Of a stretch of 64,000 bases of DNA, positions 39,030 through 49,265 are shown piece after piece. Source of the stretch: Sphingobacteriaceae bacterium (lineage in GTDB: Bacteria > Bacteroidota > Bacteroidia > Sphingobacteriales > Sphingobacteriaceae); NCBI GenBank assembly GCA_041743935.1, contig JBGTLU010000061.1, forward strand, positions 23,247 to 87,246, given 5' to 3'. Below the pieces are notes generated by a model. That model made no database searches, had not been told where the DNA came from, and was given only the letters and a program-made list of their open reading frames with translations. Positions within the stretch are counted from its first letter, which is position 1, and each line of letters starts with the position of its first letter. Both the position numbers and the translations under genes were made by a program.

Positions 39030-39078
39030 GAGCGTTTTAATTTTAAACTAAATTAAAATTTAACCAATAAAAAACTAT

Positions 39079-40335
39079 CTAATTCTTCACCAATTTATAC
39101 AATCCACCTCTTGGGCTTTTTGGATTCACATCCTGACTGGTTAATACATATATTTCGCCAAAGCTATCTTCTCCAAAACTTAGTATTCGGATGTCTTTGG
39201 GCATATTTTCTATAAGCAGTTTACCTCCGGTAAATTTTCCTTTTTCTTCGTTTAGGTAAAATAATGGGCCTGTCCAATCAGCAAAAACGTATTTACCTTT
39301 CAACTCATTAATAGCATTACCTCTGTAAACATATCCCCCGGTTATGCTTATCCCCACTTTATGGTCGTATTCAAAAATGGGCATTTCTAAACCATCGGTT
39401 TTACAATTAGGTTCAAAACAATGAGATGCTTCCATGATACGCCAGCCGTAATTTCCACCTTTTTTGATAATATTCACTTCTTCCCATTTATCTTGTCCAA
39501 CATCGGCACAAAACAAACGGCCTGTTGGTTTATCAAATGAAAAGCGCCATGGATTGCGTAATCCGTATGCCCAAATTTCAGGTTTTGCTCCGGCTTTCCC
39601 TACAAAAGGATTATCCGCAGGTACAGAATAAGTGCTGCCTTTGTTCACATCAATTCTCAAAATCTTGCCCAATAATGTGTTCAAATCTTGTCCGTTACCT
39701 ATCGTACCAAATTGATCTCCCGCACCACCCCCATCGCCACTGGCAATGTAAAGATAACCATCAGGTCCAAATGCTAACTGACCACCATTGTGATTGGGTT
39801 TTGGTTGCTCAAAGGTTAAGATAATGCGCTCGGAAGCTGGGTCGGCTATGTTCGGATTAGCAGCCGATGTTTTAAATTCGGATACTACGGTTTTGTGGTT
39901 ACTGCCTCTAACAGTAGATGGCGCAGAGTAATACACGTAAAAATTTTTGTTTTGCGCATACTGCGGATGAAATGCCATGCCCAATAATCCTCGTTCATCA
40001 TATATACCGCTTAAACTTACCATCTTGTTTTGGACATCTAGAAAAGGGATAGTGAGTTGCCTGCCATTTTGTACGATGCGAATAAAACCACGTTGTTCAA
40101 CCACAAATAATTTGGTATTATCTCCTGGAGGCACTTCTAATGCAACCGGCGAACTTAATTCGGTAGATATTTGCTGAAATTTTAGCTTAATTACGTTTGA
40201 TTGAGCAGATTCCACCGGATCAGTAGTTACATTTTCTGATTTTGTAGTGTTTGGTTCGCCTTCGTTACATGCAAGGTTGGTAGAACTAAATAATGCCAAC
40301 ATCGCAATGGCAATTGTTTTTTGAAGAATCATCAT
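39079..40335 (-). CDS. PQQ-dependent sugar dehydrogenase (soluble glucose/sorbosone dehydrogenase family) lipoprotein
   Basis: 418 aa with lipobox SSTNLAC. Family motifs are ERGLLGMAFHP, HNGGQLAFGPDGYLYIASGDGG, EIWAYGLRNPWRFSFD and GGNYGW. Confidence 0.88.
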   Translation of the reverse strand: MMILQKTIAIAMLALFSSTNLACNEGEPNTTKSENVTTDPVESAQSNVIKLKFQQISTELSSPVALEVPPGDNTKLFVVEQRGFIRIVQNGRQLTIPFLDVQNKMVSLSGIYDERGLLGMAFHPQYAQNKNFYVYYSAPSTVRGSNHKTVVSEFKTSAANPNIADPASERIILTFEQPKPNHNGGQLAFGPDGYLYIASGDGGGAGDQFGTIGNGQDLNTLLGKILRIDVNKGSTYSVPADNPFVGKAGAKPEIWAYGLRNPWRFSFDKPTGRLFCADVGQDKWEEVNIIKKGGNYGWRIMEASHCFEPNCKTDGLEMPIFEYDHKVGISITGGYVYRGNAINELKGKYVFADWTGPLFYLNEEKGKFTGGKLLIENMPKDIRILSFGEDSFGEIYVLTSQDVNPKSPRGGLYKLVKN

Positions 40336-40369
40336 TTATTAAATTTTATTAAAAGTAATTAAAAGTTTA

Positions 40370-41335
40370 TCAGGATAAAACGTCAATTAAACGAATCAGA
40401 TTTGGGTTTAGTTCAGTGATGTGTTTTACAGCTTGGCTAAATGGGGTAAAGGTTATTTCTTTATTGACAATACCGATGGCTACTCCTTTTTTACCAGCTA
40501 ACAAACTTTCTACTGCAGCCATTCCTATCCGGCTAGCATATACTCTATCCATGCAGGTTGGCGAGCCGCCTCGTTGCAAATGACCAAGTATAGATACTTT
40601 AATATCATAGTGAGGCAAGGCTTTTTTCACCTTTTCGGCAACCTCATAAGCTCCACCACTATCATCCCCTTCGGCAACCATGATAATTTTGGAGGATTTA
40701 TTTCTTCTCCCTCCAGATAATCTAGTGATTAAATGATTTATATCAGTACTTATTTCTGGAATCAAAATAGCTTCCGCACCCGAACCAATACCACTTCGCA
40801 AGGCAATTAGTCCGGAATCTCGGCCCATTACCTCTACAAAAAACAAACGATCATGCGATTCAGCGGTATCTCTAATTTTATCTACCGCTTGTACCACGGT
40901 ATTAATTGCTGTGTCGTACCCAATGGTAAAATCTGTTCCTATTAAATCATTATCAATGGTGCCTGGTGCGCCAATTATTGGGAAATTAAACTCTTCGCCA
41001 AAAACCAATGCTCCTTGGTAAGTGCCATCGCCTCCAATGGCAACTAATCCTTCAATGTTTTGTGCTTGTAAATGTTCAAATGCTTTTTTTCTTCCGTCTG
41101 CAGTTTTAAACTCTTCGCTTCTGGCAGTTTTTAGAATGGTGCCACCTCGTTGTATGATGTTGGCAACCGATTTTGACTCTAGTGGAATACACTCTCCGCA
41201 AATCAATCCTTCATAACCACGCAAAATTCCGGCAACTTCTACATTATGGTAAGCAGCCGTGCGAACCACTGCTCTAATGCAGGCATTCATCCCGGGCGAA
41301 TCGCCTCCTGAAGTGAGTACTGCAATTTTTTTCAT
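40370..41335 (-). CDS. pfkA: ATP-dependent 6-phosphofructokinase
   Basis: 321 aa with the motifs TSGGDSPGMNA, IGGDGT, PGTIDNDL, VMGRDSG and GHLQRGG. Confidence 0.95.
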   Translation of the reverse strand: MKKIAVLTSGGDSPGMNACIRAVVRTAAYHNVEVAGILRGYEGLICGECIPLESKSVANIIQRGGTILKTARSEEFKTADGRKKAFEHLQAQNIEGLVAIGGDGTYQGALVFGEEFNFPIIGAPGTIDNDLIGTDFTIGYDTAINTVVQAVDKIRDTAESHDRLFFVEVMGRDSGLIALRSGIGSGAEAILIPEISTDINHLITRLSGGRRNKSSKIIMVAEGDDSGGAYEVAEKVKKALPHYDIKVSILGHLQRGGSPTCMDRVYASRIGMAAVESLLAGKKGVAIGIVNKEITFTPFSQAVKHITELNPNLIRLIDVLS

Positions 41336-41337
41336 TC

Positions 41338-43371
41338 CTATTGTTTTTCAAACGCAGCTATTCCTCTTTGCAAAAAGTTGACATAATTGCGAGTATTTAA
41401 ATCATAAGCGGTTGGCGGAATAAGTGTTTTACCTTGGTGGTTGATAATGACATAATACGGCTGCGAGTTGGTATTATACACCGATGCTTGCAAATCTGTC
41501 CATTTCTTACCCACGGTATTAATTTTTCTGCCATCAAAAGCCGAAACATACTGTTCTTCTTCGGGCAATGCTTTCTTATCATCTACATATAAAGAAAGAA
41601 TTACATATTCTTCGTTTAATAAACGCAACACCTCAGGATCTGACCAAACTTGTGCTTCCATTTTGCGGCAATTCACACAGGTATGTCCGGTAAAATCTAC
41701 CAAAACCGGTTTATTTACCGTTTTTGCGTAAGCTATTCCTTCTTCGTAATCGTAATACACATTTAAATTATGCGGTGGGCGAGGCATGCCTTCGCTATAT
41801 TTTTTTGTTTTGGAGGAGGTATTTACTGCCCCATTGGTACTAAGTGTTTTGGTATATAAATCGAAATCTTGTGTGCCTAGAGGAGGTGCGAAAGCACTGA
41901 TGGCTTTCAGAGGCGCTCCCCATAACCCGGGCACCATGTACATGGCAAAGGAAAGGGAGATGATGGCAAAAAACAATCTGGGTACAGTGATGAATTTCAA
42001 ATCAGAGTCGTGTGCAAATTTGAGTTTGCCCAATAAGTAGAACCCGAGCATAGCAAAAATGATAATCCATAAAACCAAGAATACTTCGCGATCGAGGATG
42101 CCCCAATGGTAAGCCAAATCTACATTGGATAAAAATTTAAGCGCTAGTGCCAATTCTAAAAAACCAAGAGTGACTTTTACCGAATTGAGCCAACCACCAG
42201 ATTTTGGCATAGAATTGAGCCATTCGGGGAAAATGGCAAATAATGTAAACGGCAGCGCAAGTGCCAATGAAAATCCAAGCATTCCCATCATGGGTCCTAA
42301 AATTTCGCCTTGGCTAGCAGCTTGTACCAATAAGGTGCCAATGATTGGACCTGTACAAGAAAAGGATACCAAAGCTAGTGTAAAAGCCATGAAAAACATC
42401 CCCAATAAACCACCTTTATCGCTCTGATTATCTGCTTTATTAACCCATGAACTAGGCAAAGTAATTTCGAAAGCGCCAAAAAATGAGATGGCAAAAACGA
42501 TTAATAAAGCAAAGAATAGTAAGTTAAATGTGGCATTGCTGGCTAGTTCGTTGAGTTTACCCGAGCCAAATAATAGTGTAACTCCTAATCCCAGAATCAC
42601 ATAAATAACAATGATGGAAAGTCCGTAAATAATGGCATTAACCACTCCTTTTTGTTTACTACCGCCTCTTTTGGTAAAATACGAAACTGTAAGTGGCACC
42701 ATGGGGAAAATGCAAGGCATGATGAAGGCGGCAAATCCTCCGAGTAATCCGGCAATAAATATAGCCCAAAGACCTAAACCTGCGGTTTCTCCACCAGAAA
42801 TTGGAGGTGGAATATTTAGCTCGTTAGAATTTGTATCCTCAACCAAGCTGGTTATATCGGTTATAAGTACTGTATCTCCGTTTGTTATTTGCGTGTCAGT
42901 AACTTCTGTGGTGATTGAAGATGCTGTTACTTCCACCGAAAACGTTATTTCTTCTGGCGCCAAACATCGGCTATCGTCACAAACCATAAACTCAATGGTG
43001 CCTGAAACGGTTGCTTTATTAGCATTAAGTTTAATTTTTTGTTTAAAAACGCCTTGATTAATGAACTTGCCGATGTTCATTTCGAAAATTGGGTCGAAAA
43101 TTACTTTGGCTGCCGGTACTTCTTCAGTTTTACCAATTAGCTTATACGAGGCATTGGGTGTAAACTTAATGCTGGTAGGAATTGGGCCGCCATCTTCAAT
43201 ATATTGTGAATACAAATACCAACCTTTATCTATATTGGCTTTAAAAACAATAGTAGCTTCGTTTGCAACTATACTCTCGATAGAATACACCCACTTTACA
43301 GGTTTTAGAATCTGTGCCGATAGGCCAAAGCTTATAATTAATGCGATTAGAGTGATAAATAATTTTTTCAT
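41338..43371 (-). CDS. dsbD: DsbD-family thiol:disulfide interchange protein (N-terminal DsbD-alpha-like domain, CcdA-type TM core, C-terminal thioredoxin)
   Basis: 677 aa with CDDSRC in the N-terminal domain and the TM motifs PCIFPMVP and FSCTGPI. The C-terminal thioredoxin carries TCVNC (CxxC). The gene ends 2 nt before pfkA. Confidence 0.85.
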   Translation of the reverse strand: MKKLFITLIALIISFGLSAQILKPVKWVYSIESIVANEATIVFKANIDKGWYLYSQYIEDGGPIPTSIKFTPNASYKLIGKTEEVPAAKVIFDPIFEMNIGKFINQGVFKQKIKLNANKATVSGTIEFMVCDDSRCLAPEEITFSVEVTASSITTEVTDTQITNGDTVLITDITSLVEDTNSNELNIPPPISGGETAGLGLWAIFIAGLLGGFAAFIMPCIFPMVPLTVSYFTKRGGSKQKGVVNAIIYGLSIIVIYVILGLGVTLLFGSGKLNELASNATFNLLFFALLIVFAISFFGAFEITLPSSWVNKADNQSDKGGLLGMFFMAFTLALVSFSCTGPIIGTLLVQAASQGEILGPMMGMLGFSLALALPFTLFAIFPEWLNSMPKSGGWLNSVKVTLGFLELALALKFLSNVDLAYHWGILDREVFLVLWIIIFAMLGFYLLGKLKFAHDSDLKFITVPRLFFAIISLSFAMYMVPGLWGAPLKAISAFAPPLGTQDFDLYTKTLSTNGAVNTSSKTKKYSEGMPRPPHNLNVYYDYEEGIAYAKTVNKPVLVDFTGHTCVNCRKMEAQVWSDPEVLRLLNEEYVILSLYVDDKKALPEEEQYVSAFDGRKINTVGKKWTDLQASVYNTNSQPYYVIINHQGKTLIPPTAYDLNTRNYVNFLQRGIAAFEKQ

Positions 43372-43478
43372 GTTTTAAGTACAGTCGAACAAACTTACGA
43401 ATTGAAGCACAATATTATTGTTATAGCACACAAAGGGAACAGATTTGTTGCAGAAATGATTTTAACTTATCTATTACG

Positions 43479-44297
43479 TTAGGTAAACTGTATTTCTTTC
43501 ATCCCATACGAAACTTCTTTATTATCTATTTCAACCAATAATTTTCCCTCCTTGTTAACCCCTTTTAGGGTACCATAAAAAACTTCGCCAGCTGTGTTTT
43601 TGTACAAACACAGTTGATTTATTTGATATAAGGTTTGAATATATTCTCGATGTATGTTTCCCTTTTTTCCTGCTCGCAATTGTAAATATCTAGCCTCTAC
43701 ATGTTTAAAAATCAGAGAGAATAGTTTTTCAAGGTGGATAATTTCTTTAAGTTGAAGACTAACAGATGTTGCGTTTAATTGACCAAAATCTTGTTGGTTT
43801 ACATTTAATCCGATGCCAATAATGCTATGACGAATACTAGAGCCCTGCAGCATATTTTCTATTAATATTCCTGCAATTTTTTGAGAACCTACGTACACAT
43901 CGTTTGGCCATTTTATAGTTACATCTTTCACACCTATTTCAGTTAAAAGATCTCTCAGAGCCAGGCTAATCATTTTGCTCAAATCAAATTGTTCTGAGGG
44001 CGATAAAAATGTGGGAGTTAGGATAATACTAGCTGTTATGTTTTCTCCTGCATTGCTTAACCATATATTCTCTGCCTGACCTTTTCCGGCATACTGATGT
44101 TCTGCCACAATGACTGTACCCTCGGCCAATGGCTTGATATTTGCCAAAATATGTTTCGCATACGTATTGGTGGAATCTACTTCTTTAAGAGTAATAAGAT
44201 TATGACCTACGAATAAAGAAGAATTTATATTAATTTGCACAAGTAAAGCATATAATCGCCCAAATTTAAGTAACTGAATGGCAAAACGTACATCCAA
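43479..44297 (-). CDS. birA: biotin--[acetyl-CoA-carboxylase] ligase (group I, no HTH)
   Basis: Motifs are EHQYAGKGQAENIW (GRGRxxR-equivalent loop), KWPNDV and GIGLNVNQ. The maximal ORF is given. A -7 box TAAATTTG (minus strand, 44268-44261) lies inside it. The real start is therefore probably the in-frame GTG at 44240, which would remove the overlap with rsfS. Confidence 0.85.
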   Translation of the reverse strand: MDVRFAIQLLKFGRLYALLVQININSSLFVGHNLITLKEVDSTNTYAKHILANIKPLAEGTVIVAEHQYAGKGQAENIWLSNAGENITASIILTPTFLSPSEQFDLSKMISLALRDLLTEIGVKDVTIKWPNDVYVGSQKIAGILIENMLQGSSIRHSIIGIGLNVNQQDFGQLNATSVSLQLKEIIHLEKLFSLIFKHVEARYLQLRAGKKGNIHREYIQTLYQINQLCLYKNTAGEVFYGTLKGVNKEGKLLVEIDNKEVSYGMKEIQFT

Positions 44298-44652
44298 AAT
44301 TAATTCAGAGTTTATATCCGAAATTATTGTTCATGGTATTCAAGAAAAAAAAGGTAATGACATCGTTAGCTTAGATCTAAGAAACCTCTCTGGCTCCGTT
44401 TCCGATTATTTTATAATCTGCCATGCAGAGTCTACCACTCAAGTTCGTGCCATTGCAGATTCCATCGAAGAAGAAATGTTTAAAGCCACCAAAGAAACGC
44501 CTTGGAGAAAAGAAGGATATGCCAATTGCGAATGGATAATTTTAGACTTTGTAAACGTAGTAGTACATGTTTTTCAGAAAGAGAAACGCTACTTCTATGG
44601 AGTAGAAGATTTGTGGGGAGATGCAGATGTAAAACAGTTTAAAACCGCTTAA
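44278..44652 (+). CDS. rsfS: ribosome silencing factor
   Basis: 124 aa with the segments EKKGNDIVSLDLR, DYFIICHAESTTQVRAIADSI, EWIILDFVNVVVHVF and RYFYGVEDLWGDA. Confidence 0.92.
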   Translation: MAKRTSKINSEFISEIIVHGIQEKKGNDIVSLDLRNLSGSVSDYFIICHAESTTQVRAIADSIEEEMFKATKETPWRKEGYANCEWIILDFVNVVVHVFQKEKRYFYGVEDLWGDADVKQFKTA

Positions 44653-44721
44653 ATTTCACGAACAATTAACAACAATTAGAGTTATTAAAATATTCGGCTA
44701 AGCCCGATTCTATATATAAGC

Positions 44722-46806
44722 ATGGAAGAGAATAAAGAAAAAAAGGAAATCAAGAAACCCATAGGTAAGAAACCCAATCAGCCTAAAAAGTTATTGCCAA
44801 CTACCCCACCAAAGTTTAATTTGATGTGGGTATATGGGGCAATTATTTTGCTTTTTTTAGGATTTAATATATTCTATACCGGTAATGTACCAGTACAAAT
44901 TAGCTATCAGAAATTCGAAAATGATATGCTTAAATCCGGTGATGTGGAACGCCTAGTTGCCTACAAACAAGGAGATTTATACATCGTTGAGGTATTCATC
45001 AAGAAAGAGGTTTTAGCTACCGAAAAATATAAAGAAGTAAACGAACCATCTAAATTTTCTAACAATGTTGGTGCTCAATATTTGTTCAAAGAAGCATCCA
45101 TTGACAACTTAGAGAAGAAACTAAACGATGCACAAACAGAAACTCCCCTTGCACAACGCATTCAATTAAACTTCGAGACCCGAGAAAATTTCTTACGTGA
45201 TTTTTTATTGGCTTGGATATTACCAATAGCCATTATCGTTATCATATGGATATTCATCATGCGTCGTTTATCTGGCGGTGGAGCCGGAGGTGGCGCTGGT
45301 GGACAAATATTTAACATCGGAAGATCTAAAGCAAAACTATTCGACAAAGAGTCTCAAGTAAATATCACCTTTAATGATGTTGCCGGATTAGAAGAGGCAA
45401 AGCAAGAAGTAATGGAGGTGGTAGATTTCCTGAAAAATCCTCAAAAATATACTAATCTGGGTGGTAAAATACCTAAAGGTGTTCTATTAGTTGGTTCACC
45501 AGGAACTGGTAAAACGTTGCTTGCAAAAGCTGTGGCCGGCGAAGCTCAAGTTCCATTCTTTTCCTTATCAGGTTCTGATTTTGTGGAGATGTTTGTAGGA
45601 GTTGGAGCATCACGTGTACGAGATTTGTTCACTCAAGCACGCGAAAAAGCACCATGTATAATTTTTATTGATGAAATTGATGCAATTGGTCGTGCACGTG
45701 GCAAAAACCAAATCATGGGTGGTAATGATGAGCGAGAAAATACCCTAAATCAATTACTCGTTGAGATGGATGGTTTTGGAACAGATACCGGAGTAATTAT
45801 CATGGCGGCAACCAACCGTCCGGATGTATTAGACTCTGCTTTGTTGCGCCCAGGTCGTTTTGACAGACAAATATCCATTGATAAACCCGATTTAGTTGGA
45901 CGAGAGCAAATATTTAAAGTTCACTTAAAACCACTAAAATTAGCTCCCGAGGTTGACACTAAAAAGCTATCGGCACAAACCCCTGGTTTTGCCGGTGCTG
46001 AAATAGCTAATGTGTGTAACGAAGCCGCTTTAATTGCTGCACGTAAAGACAAAAAAGCTATCGAAATGCAAGATTTTAACGATGCCATTGATAGAGTAAT
46101 TGGTGGTCTTGAAAAGAAGAATAAAATCATATCACCAGAAGAAAAAAGAATTGTTGCTTATCATGAAGCTGGCCATGCCATTGCAGGCTGGTTTTTAGAA
46201 TATGCCGATCCATTAGTAAAAGTATCCATCGTTCCGCGCGGAGTAGCTGCTTTGGGTTATGCCCAATATCTACCTAAAGAACAATTCTTATACACTACTG
46301 AGCAATTGATAGATGGTATGTGTATGACCATGGGAGGCAGGGTAGCCGAAGACATTATCTTTAATAAAATATCAACGGGAGCTCAAAATGATTTAGAGAG
46401 AATTACCAAGCTAGCCTATGCCATGGTTACAGTATATGGCATGAATGCAAAAATTGGTAATATATCTTATGTAGATCAGCAAAATGAATACAGTTTTGGT
46501 AAACCTTATTCTGAGAAAACTGCCGAATTAATTGACATAGAAGTACGTACTTTAATTGATTTTGTTTATCAACGTACCAAAGAATTATTGCTAACTCACC
46601 AAGATGGATTAGAAAAACTTGCTCAAAAACTATTAGAGAAAGAGATTTTATTCCAATCTGATTTAGATGTTATTTTAGGCAAACGTCCGTTTGATAACCG
46701 CACTGCTTACGATGAATTCGTAAACGGTACGCCAAAAGAAGAGCAAATGGAACCTGTTACCGAAGTGCCAGTATCTGAGGATAAACCCAAAAAAAAATCA
46801 GAATAA
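44722..46806 (+). CDS. ftsH: ATP-dependent zinc metalloprotease FtsH
   Basis: 694 aa with 2 TM, Walker A GSPGTGKT, Walker B IIFIDEIDA, the SRH region and the HEAGH zinc motif. Confidence 0.97.
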   Translation: MEENKEKKEIKKPIGKKPNQPKKLLPTTPPKFNLMWVYGAIILLFLGFNIFYTGNVPVQISYQKFENDMLKSGDVERLVAYKQGDLYIVEVFIKKEVLATEKYKEVNEPSKFSNNVGAQYLFKEASIDNLEKKLNDAQTETPLAQRIQLNFETRENFLRDFLLAWILPIAIIVIIWIFIMRRLSGGGAGGGAGGQIFNIGRSKAKLFDKESQVNITFNDVAGLEEAKQEVMEVVDFLKNPQKYTNLGGKIPKGVLLVGSPGTGKTLLAKAVAGEAQVPFFSLSGSDFVEMFVGVGASRVRDLFTQAREKAPCIIFIDEIDAIGRARGKNQIMGGNDERENTLNQLLVEMDGFGTDTGVIIMAATNRPDVLDSALLRPGRFDRQISIDKPDLVGREQIFKVHLKPLKLAPEVDTKKLSAQTPGFAGAEIANVCNEAALIAARKDKKAIEMQDFNDAIDRVIGGLEKKNKIISPEEKRIVAYHEAGHAIAGWFLEYADPLVKVSIVPRGVAALGYAQYLPKEQFLYTTEQLIDGMCMTMGGRVAEDIIFNKISTGAQNDLERITKLAYAMVTVYGMNAKIGNISYVDQQNEYSFGKPYSEKTAELIDIEVRTLIDFVYQRTKELLLTHQDGLEKLAQKLLEKEILFQSDLDVILGKRPFDNRTAYDEFVNGTPKEEQMEPVTEVPVSEDKPKKKSE

Positions 46807-46812
46807 TAATTC

Positions 46813-47460
46813 ATGAAATCTGCCACCACACCCAAAGAGCGGATGCTCAAAAATATCCGTAAAGGATTAATAGAAAAAAGAGACAACCCGTATCCGGTGG
46901 TGAGTGAAACAGCATTTTATACCTCTTCAGATGAGTTTCCGGAGGTAATTTTTGCACAAGAATTAAATAAAGTTTCGGGTAAATTTGTTTATTGCGAAGA
47001 TGAAAAATCTTTAATTGAACAACTTTGGGCTCTAATAGAAGCCAGAGATTGGAAGAAAGTAGCCTGTTGGGATAAAAATATACAAGACATCTTACGCAAA
47101 AACCAATTTCCGTTTGTAGCAACGGATGATGATTTTGCAAACGTAGAAACTAGCATAACAGAGTGCGAAGCAATAATTGCTCGAAACGGCAGTATTATGG
47201 TTACGAGCGCTGGTGCTTCGGGCAGAAGATTAAGTATCTATCCGCATTATCACATTGTAATTGCTTATAGCTCGCAATTGGTGATGGATTTAAAAGATGC
47301 TTTTAAAAATATTCAAAAAAAGTATGCCGATAGACTCCCTTCTAACATTACCGTAATTACTGGCCCAAGCCGCACTGCCGACATAGAAAAAACATTGGTA
47401 TTAGGTGCACATGGCCCTAAAGAGTTATTTGTGTTTTTTGTGGATGATAATTTACTTTGA
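46813..47460 (+). CDS. LUD-domain protein (LutC/YkgG family)
   Basis: 215 aa. The segments ITECEAIIARNGSIMVTSA, SIYPHYHIVIAYSSQLV and ITGPSRTADIE are typical of the LUD domain. Confidence 0.75.
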   Translation: MKSATTPKERMLKNIRKGLIEKRDNPYPVVSETAFYTSSDEFPEVIFAQELNKVSGKFVYCEDEKSLIEQLWALIEARDWKKVACWDKNIQDILRKNQFPFVATDDDFANVETSITECEAIIARNGSIMVTSAGASGRRLSIYPHYHIVIAYSSQLVMDLKDAFKNIQKKYADRLPSNITVITGPSRTADIEKTLVLGAHGPKELFVFFVDDNLL

Positions 47461-47496
47461 AAAAGGTAAAGAGCTAAACAATTAATCAATGAAATC

Positions 47497-47988
47497 ATGA
47501 AAAAAATAATTCTGCTTTTTACTGTGCTTTTTATCAGTACACAAGTTCAAGTTCAAGCTCAAGTAAAGAAAGTAGTGAGTATCTCAGAAGATAAAGAAGC
47601 TATTTATATTGTAATTAATCAATTATTTGATGGCATGGCAAAAGGAGATAGCAACTTGGTTGCTGATGTTTTTCATCCGCAAGCACGCTTACAAAGCACC
47701 TACTTCGAAGCCAATACCGGTAGAGCTATGCTCCGCACAGATCCTATTAAAGGTTTTATATCCTTTATTGGCAATAAACCAAAAGAGCAACAATTAGAAG
47801 AGCGAATTTTATCTTACGATATTAAAGTGGATGATAATTTGGCTTCTGTTTGGACACCCTACGAATTTTACCTCAATGGTGTATTTAGCCATTGTGGAGT
47901 GAATGCTTTTCAACTAATAAGAACAGATGATGGGTGGAAAATTTTACAAATAACCGACACCCGAAGGAAAGAAGCCTGCGGGAAATAG
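47497..47988 (+). CDS. NTF2-like / SnoaL-like fold secreted protein
   Basis: 163 aa with a signal peptide. The pattern IYIVINQLFDGMAKGDSNLVADVFHPQARL ... CGVNAFQLIRTDDGWKILQITDT is typical of DUF4440/lumazine-binding-type NTF2 folds. Confidence 0.6.
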   Translation: MKKIILLFTVLFISTQVQVQAQVKKVVSISEDKEAIYIVINQLFDGMAKGDSNLVADVFHPQARLQSTYFEANTGRAMLRTDPIKGFISFIGNKPKEQQLEERILSYDIKVDDNLASVWTPYEFYLNGVFSHCGVNAFQLIRTDDGWKILQITDTRRKEACGK

Positions 47989-48006
47989 ATTGTGGTTTAA
48001 CATCTA

Positions 48007-49257
48007 CTAATTAGCAAATAACCAATCTTCCGGATCTAGCTTAGTAGTGCCCTTCCAAACTTCAAAATGAACTTCGGTAACGCCTTCGGCCGCATCTGTA
48101 GCCACTACTCCTACTACTTGTTTTGTGCTAATTTTATCTCCACGTTTTACCGTAACAGAACGCAAATTATAGTAAACCGTAAAATACTCGCCGTGTTTTA
48201 CCAATACCCCTAGGTTACCGCCAGGCACGTTAATTACCCCTGCAACTTCGCCTGCAAAAACTGCGCGCACTTGAGCTGCATTATCTGTTTTTATGTTTAC
48301 TCCGTTGTTTTGAGTAAATACATTTTTAAGTACCGGATGTGGATGACGACCAAAACGCTGTACTATAAAACCACGCTCAACGGGCCACGGGAATTTACCT
48401 TTATTACCAAGAAAATCTGCCGATAATTTTATTGCCTCTGGTGTTAATGCTAAACCAGTAGAACCTGCCTGACGTGTAGGCGGAATCTCACCTCTGGCAA
48501 TAGCATCTGCTTCGGCTTTTTTACGGGCTTCTTCAATTTCTCGCTTAATTATATCTTCAATAGCACGAGTTAATCTTTGCGCTTCTCTTTGTTTGTCTTG
48601 CAATTGTTTTTTTAATCTGCTCTCTTGAGATTGCAAGTTATTAACTACCCTCTGTTGACTGGTTTTAGATCGATTAAGCAAATTACGTTGCTTTTGCTCT
48701 TCGGTTAGTAAACCGGTTTTTTCTTGTTTTGCTTTATCTAACTCTTGTATTTTTTGAGCAATAATTCGCTGATTGTTTTCAATGGTTGTTACTTGTTTTC
48801 GTCGGTAATTGTTAAACTGTTGGATGTATTTCATCCGTTTGTAAGCTTGATTAAAATTTTCGGCAGCAAAAATAAACATCAGTGTATTATATGATGCTTT
48901 ATTCCTACTTGCAAATCGAATCATGGCAGCATATTCTTTTTTTAAATCAATTATTTGATTCTCTAATGATTTAATGGTGTTCTGTTGCTGACTAATGTTA
49001 TTATCTAAGTTCCGGAGTTGGGAGTTTACATTATTTATAAGACGTTCACGCGCACGAATCTGACTGTTTAATGCATTCAATTCTTTCATGGATGCATTTT
49101 TATTTTTCATGGTTTCTTGTAAAACCCTATTTGTATAATCTATCTCTTCTTGGATTTTCTTTTTTTGTAATTCTAAATCATCTCGGGATTGTGCGTTAGC
49201 AACCGAAAAGAACAAAAACATTAAACAGAAACATAATAAACTGACAAATTTTCTCAT
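48007..49257 (-). CDS. EnvC-like murein hydrolase activator / M23 peptidase-domain protein with long coiled coil
   Basis: 416 aa with a signal peptide and about 250 aa of heptad-rich Q/K/E sequence. The C-terminal LytM/M23 domain reads GVNIKT...GEVAGV...GNLGVLVKHGEYFTVYYNL...GDKISTKQVVG. Confidence 0.85.
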   Translation of the reverse strand: MRKFVSLLCFCLMFLFFSVANAQSRDDLELQKKKIQEEIDYTNRVLQETMKNKNASMKELNALNSQIRARERLINNVNSQLRNLDNNISQQQNTIKSLENQIIDLKKEYAAMIRFASRNKASYNTLMFIFAAENFNQAYKRMKYIQQFNNYRRKQVTTIENNQRIIAQKIQELDKAKQEKTGLLTEEQKQRNLLNRSKTSQQRVVNNLQSQESRLKKQLQDKQREAQRLTRAIEDIIKREIEEARKKAEADAIARGEIPPTRQAGSTGLALTPEAIKLSADFLGNKGKFPWPVERGFIVQRFGRHPHPVLKNVFTQNNGVNIKTDNAAQVRAVFAGEVAGVINVPGGNLGVLVKHGEYFTVYYNLRSVTVKRGDKISTKQVVGVVATDAAEGVTEVHFEVWKGTTKLDPEDWLFAN

Positions 49258-49265
49258 TATACAAA

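Noticed and set aside
43479-44297. Apparent 20-nt divergent overlap between birA and rsfS as a regulatory curiosity
   Set aside because: It is more simply explained by an over-extended birA ORF. A perfect -7 box sits inside the first 12 codons, and an in-frame GTG at 44240 gives a normal-length BirA with no overlap.
45270-45305. GGTGGAGCCGGAGGTGGCGCTGGTGGA repeat in ftsH (SGGGAGGGAGG)
   Set aside because: This is the normal Gly-rich linker between the second TM helix and the AAA domain of FtsH. It is not a mobile or slippage-prone feature of interest.
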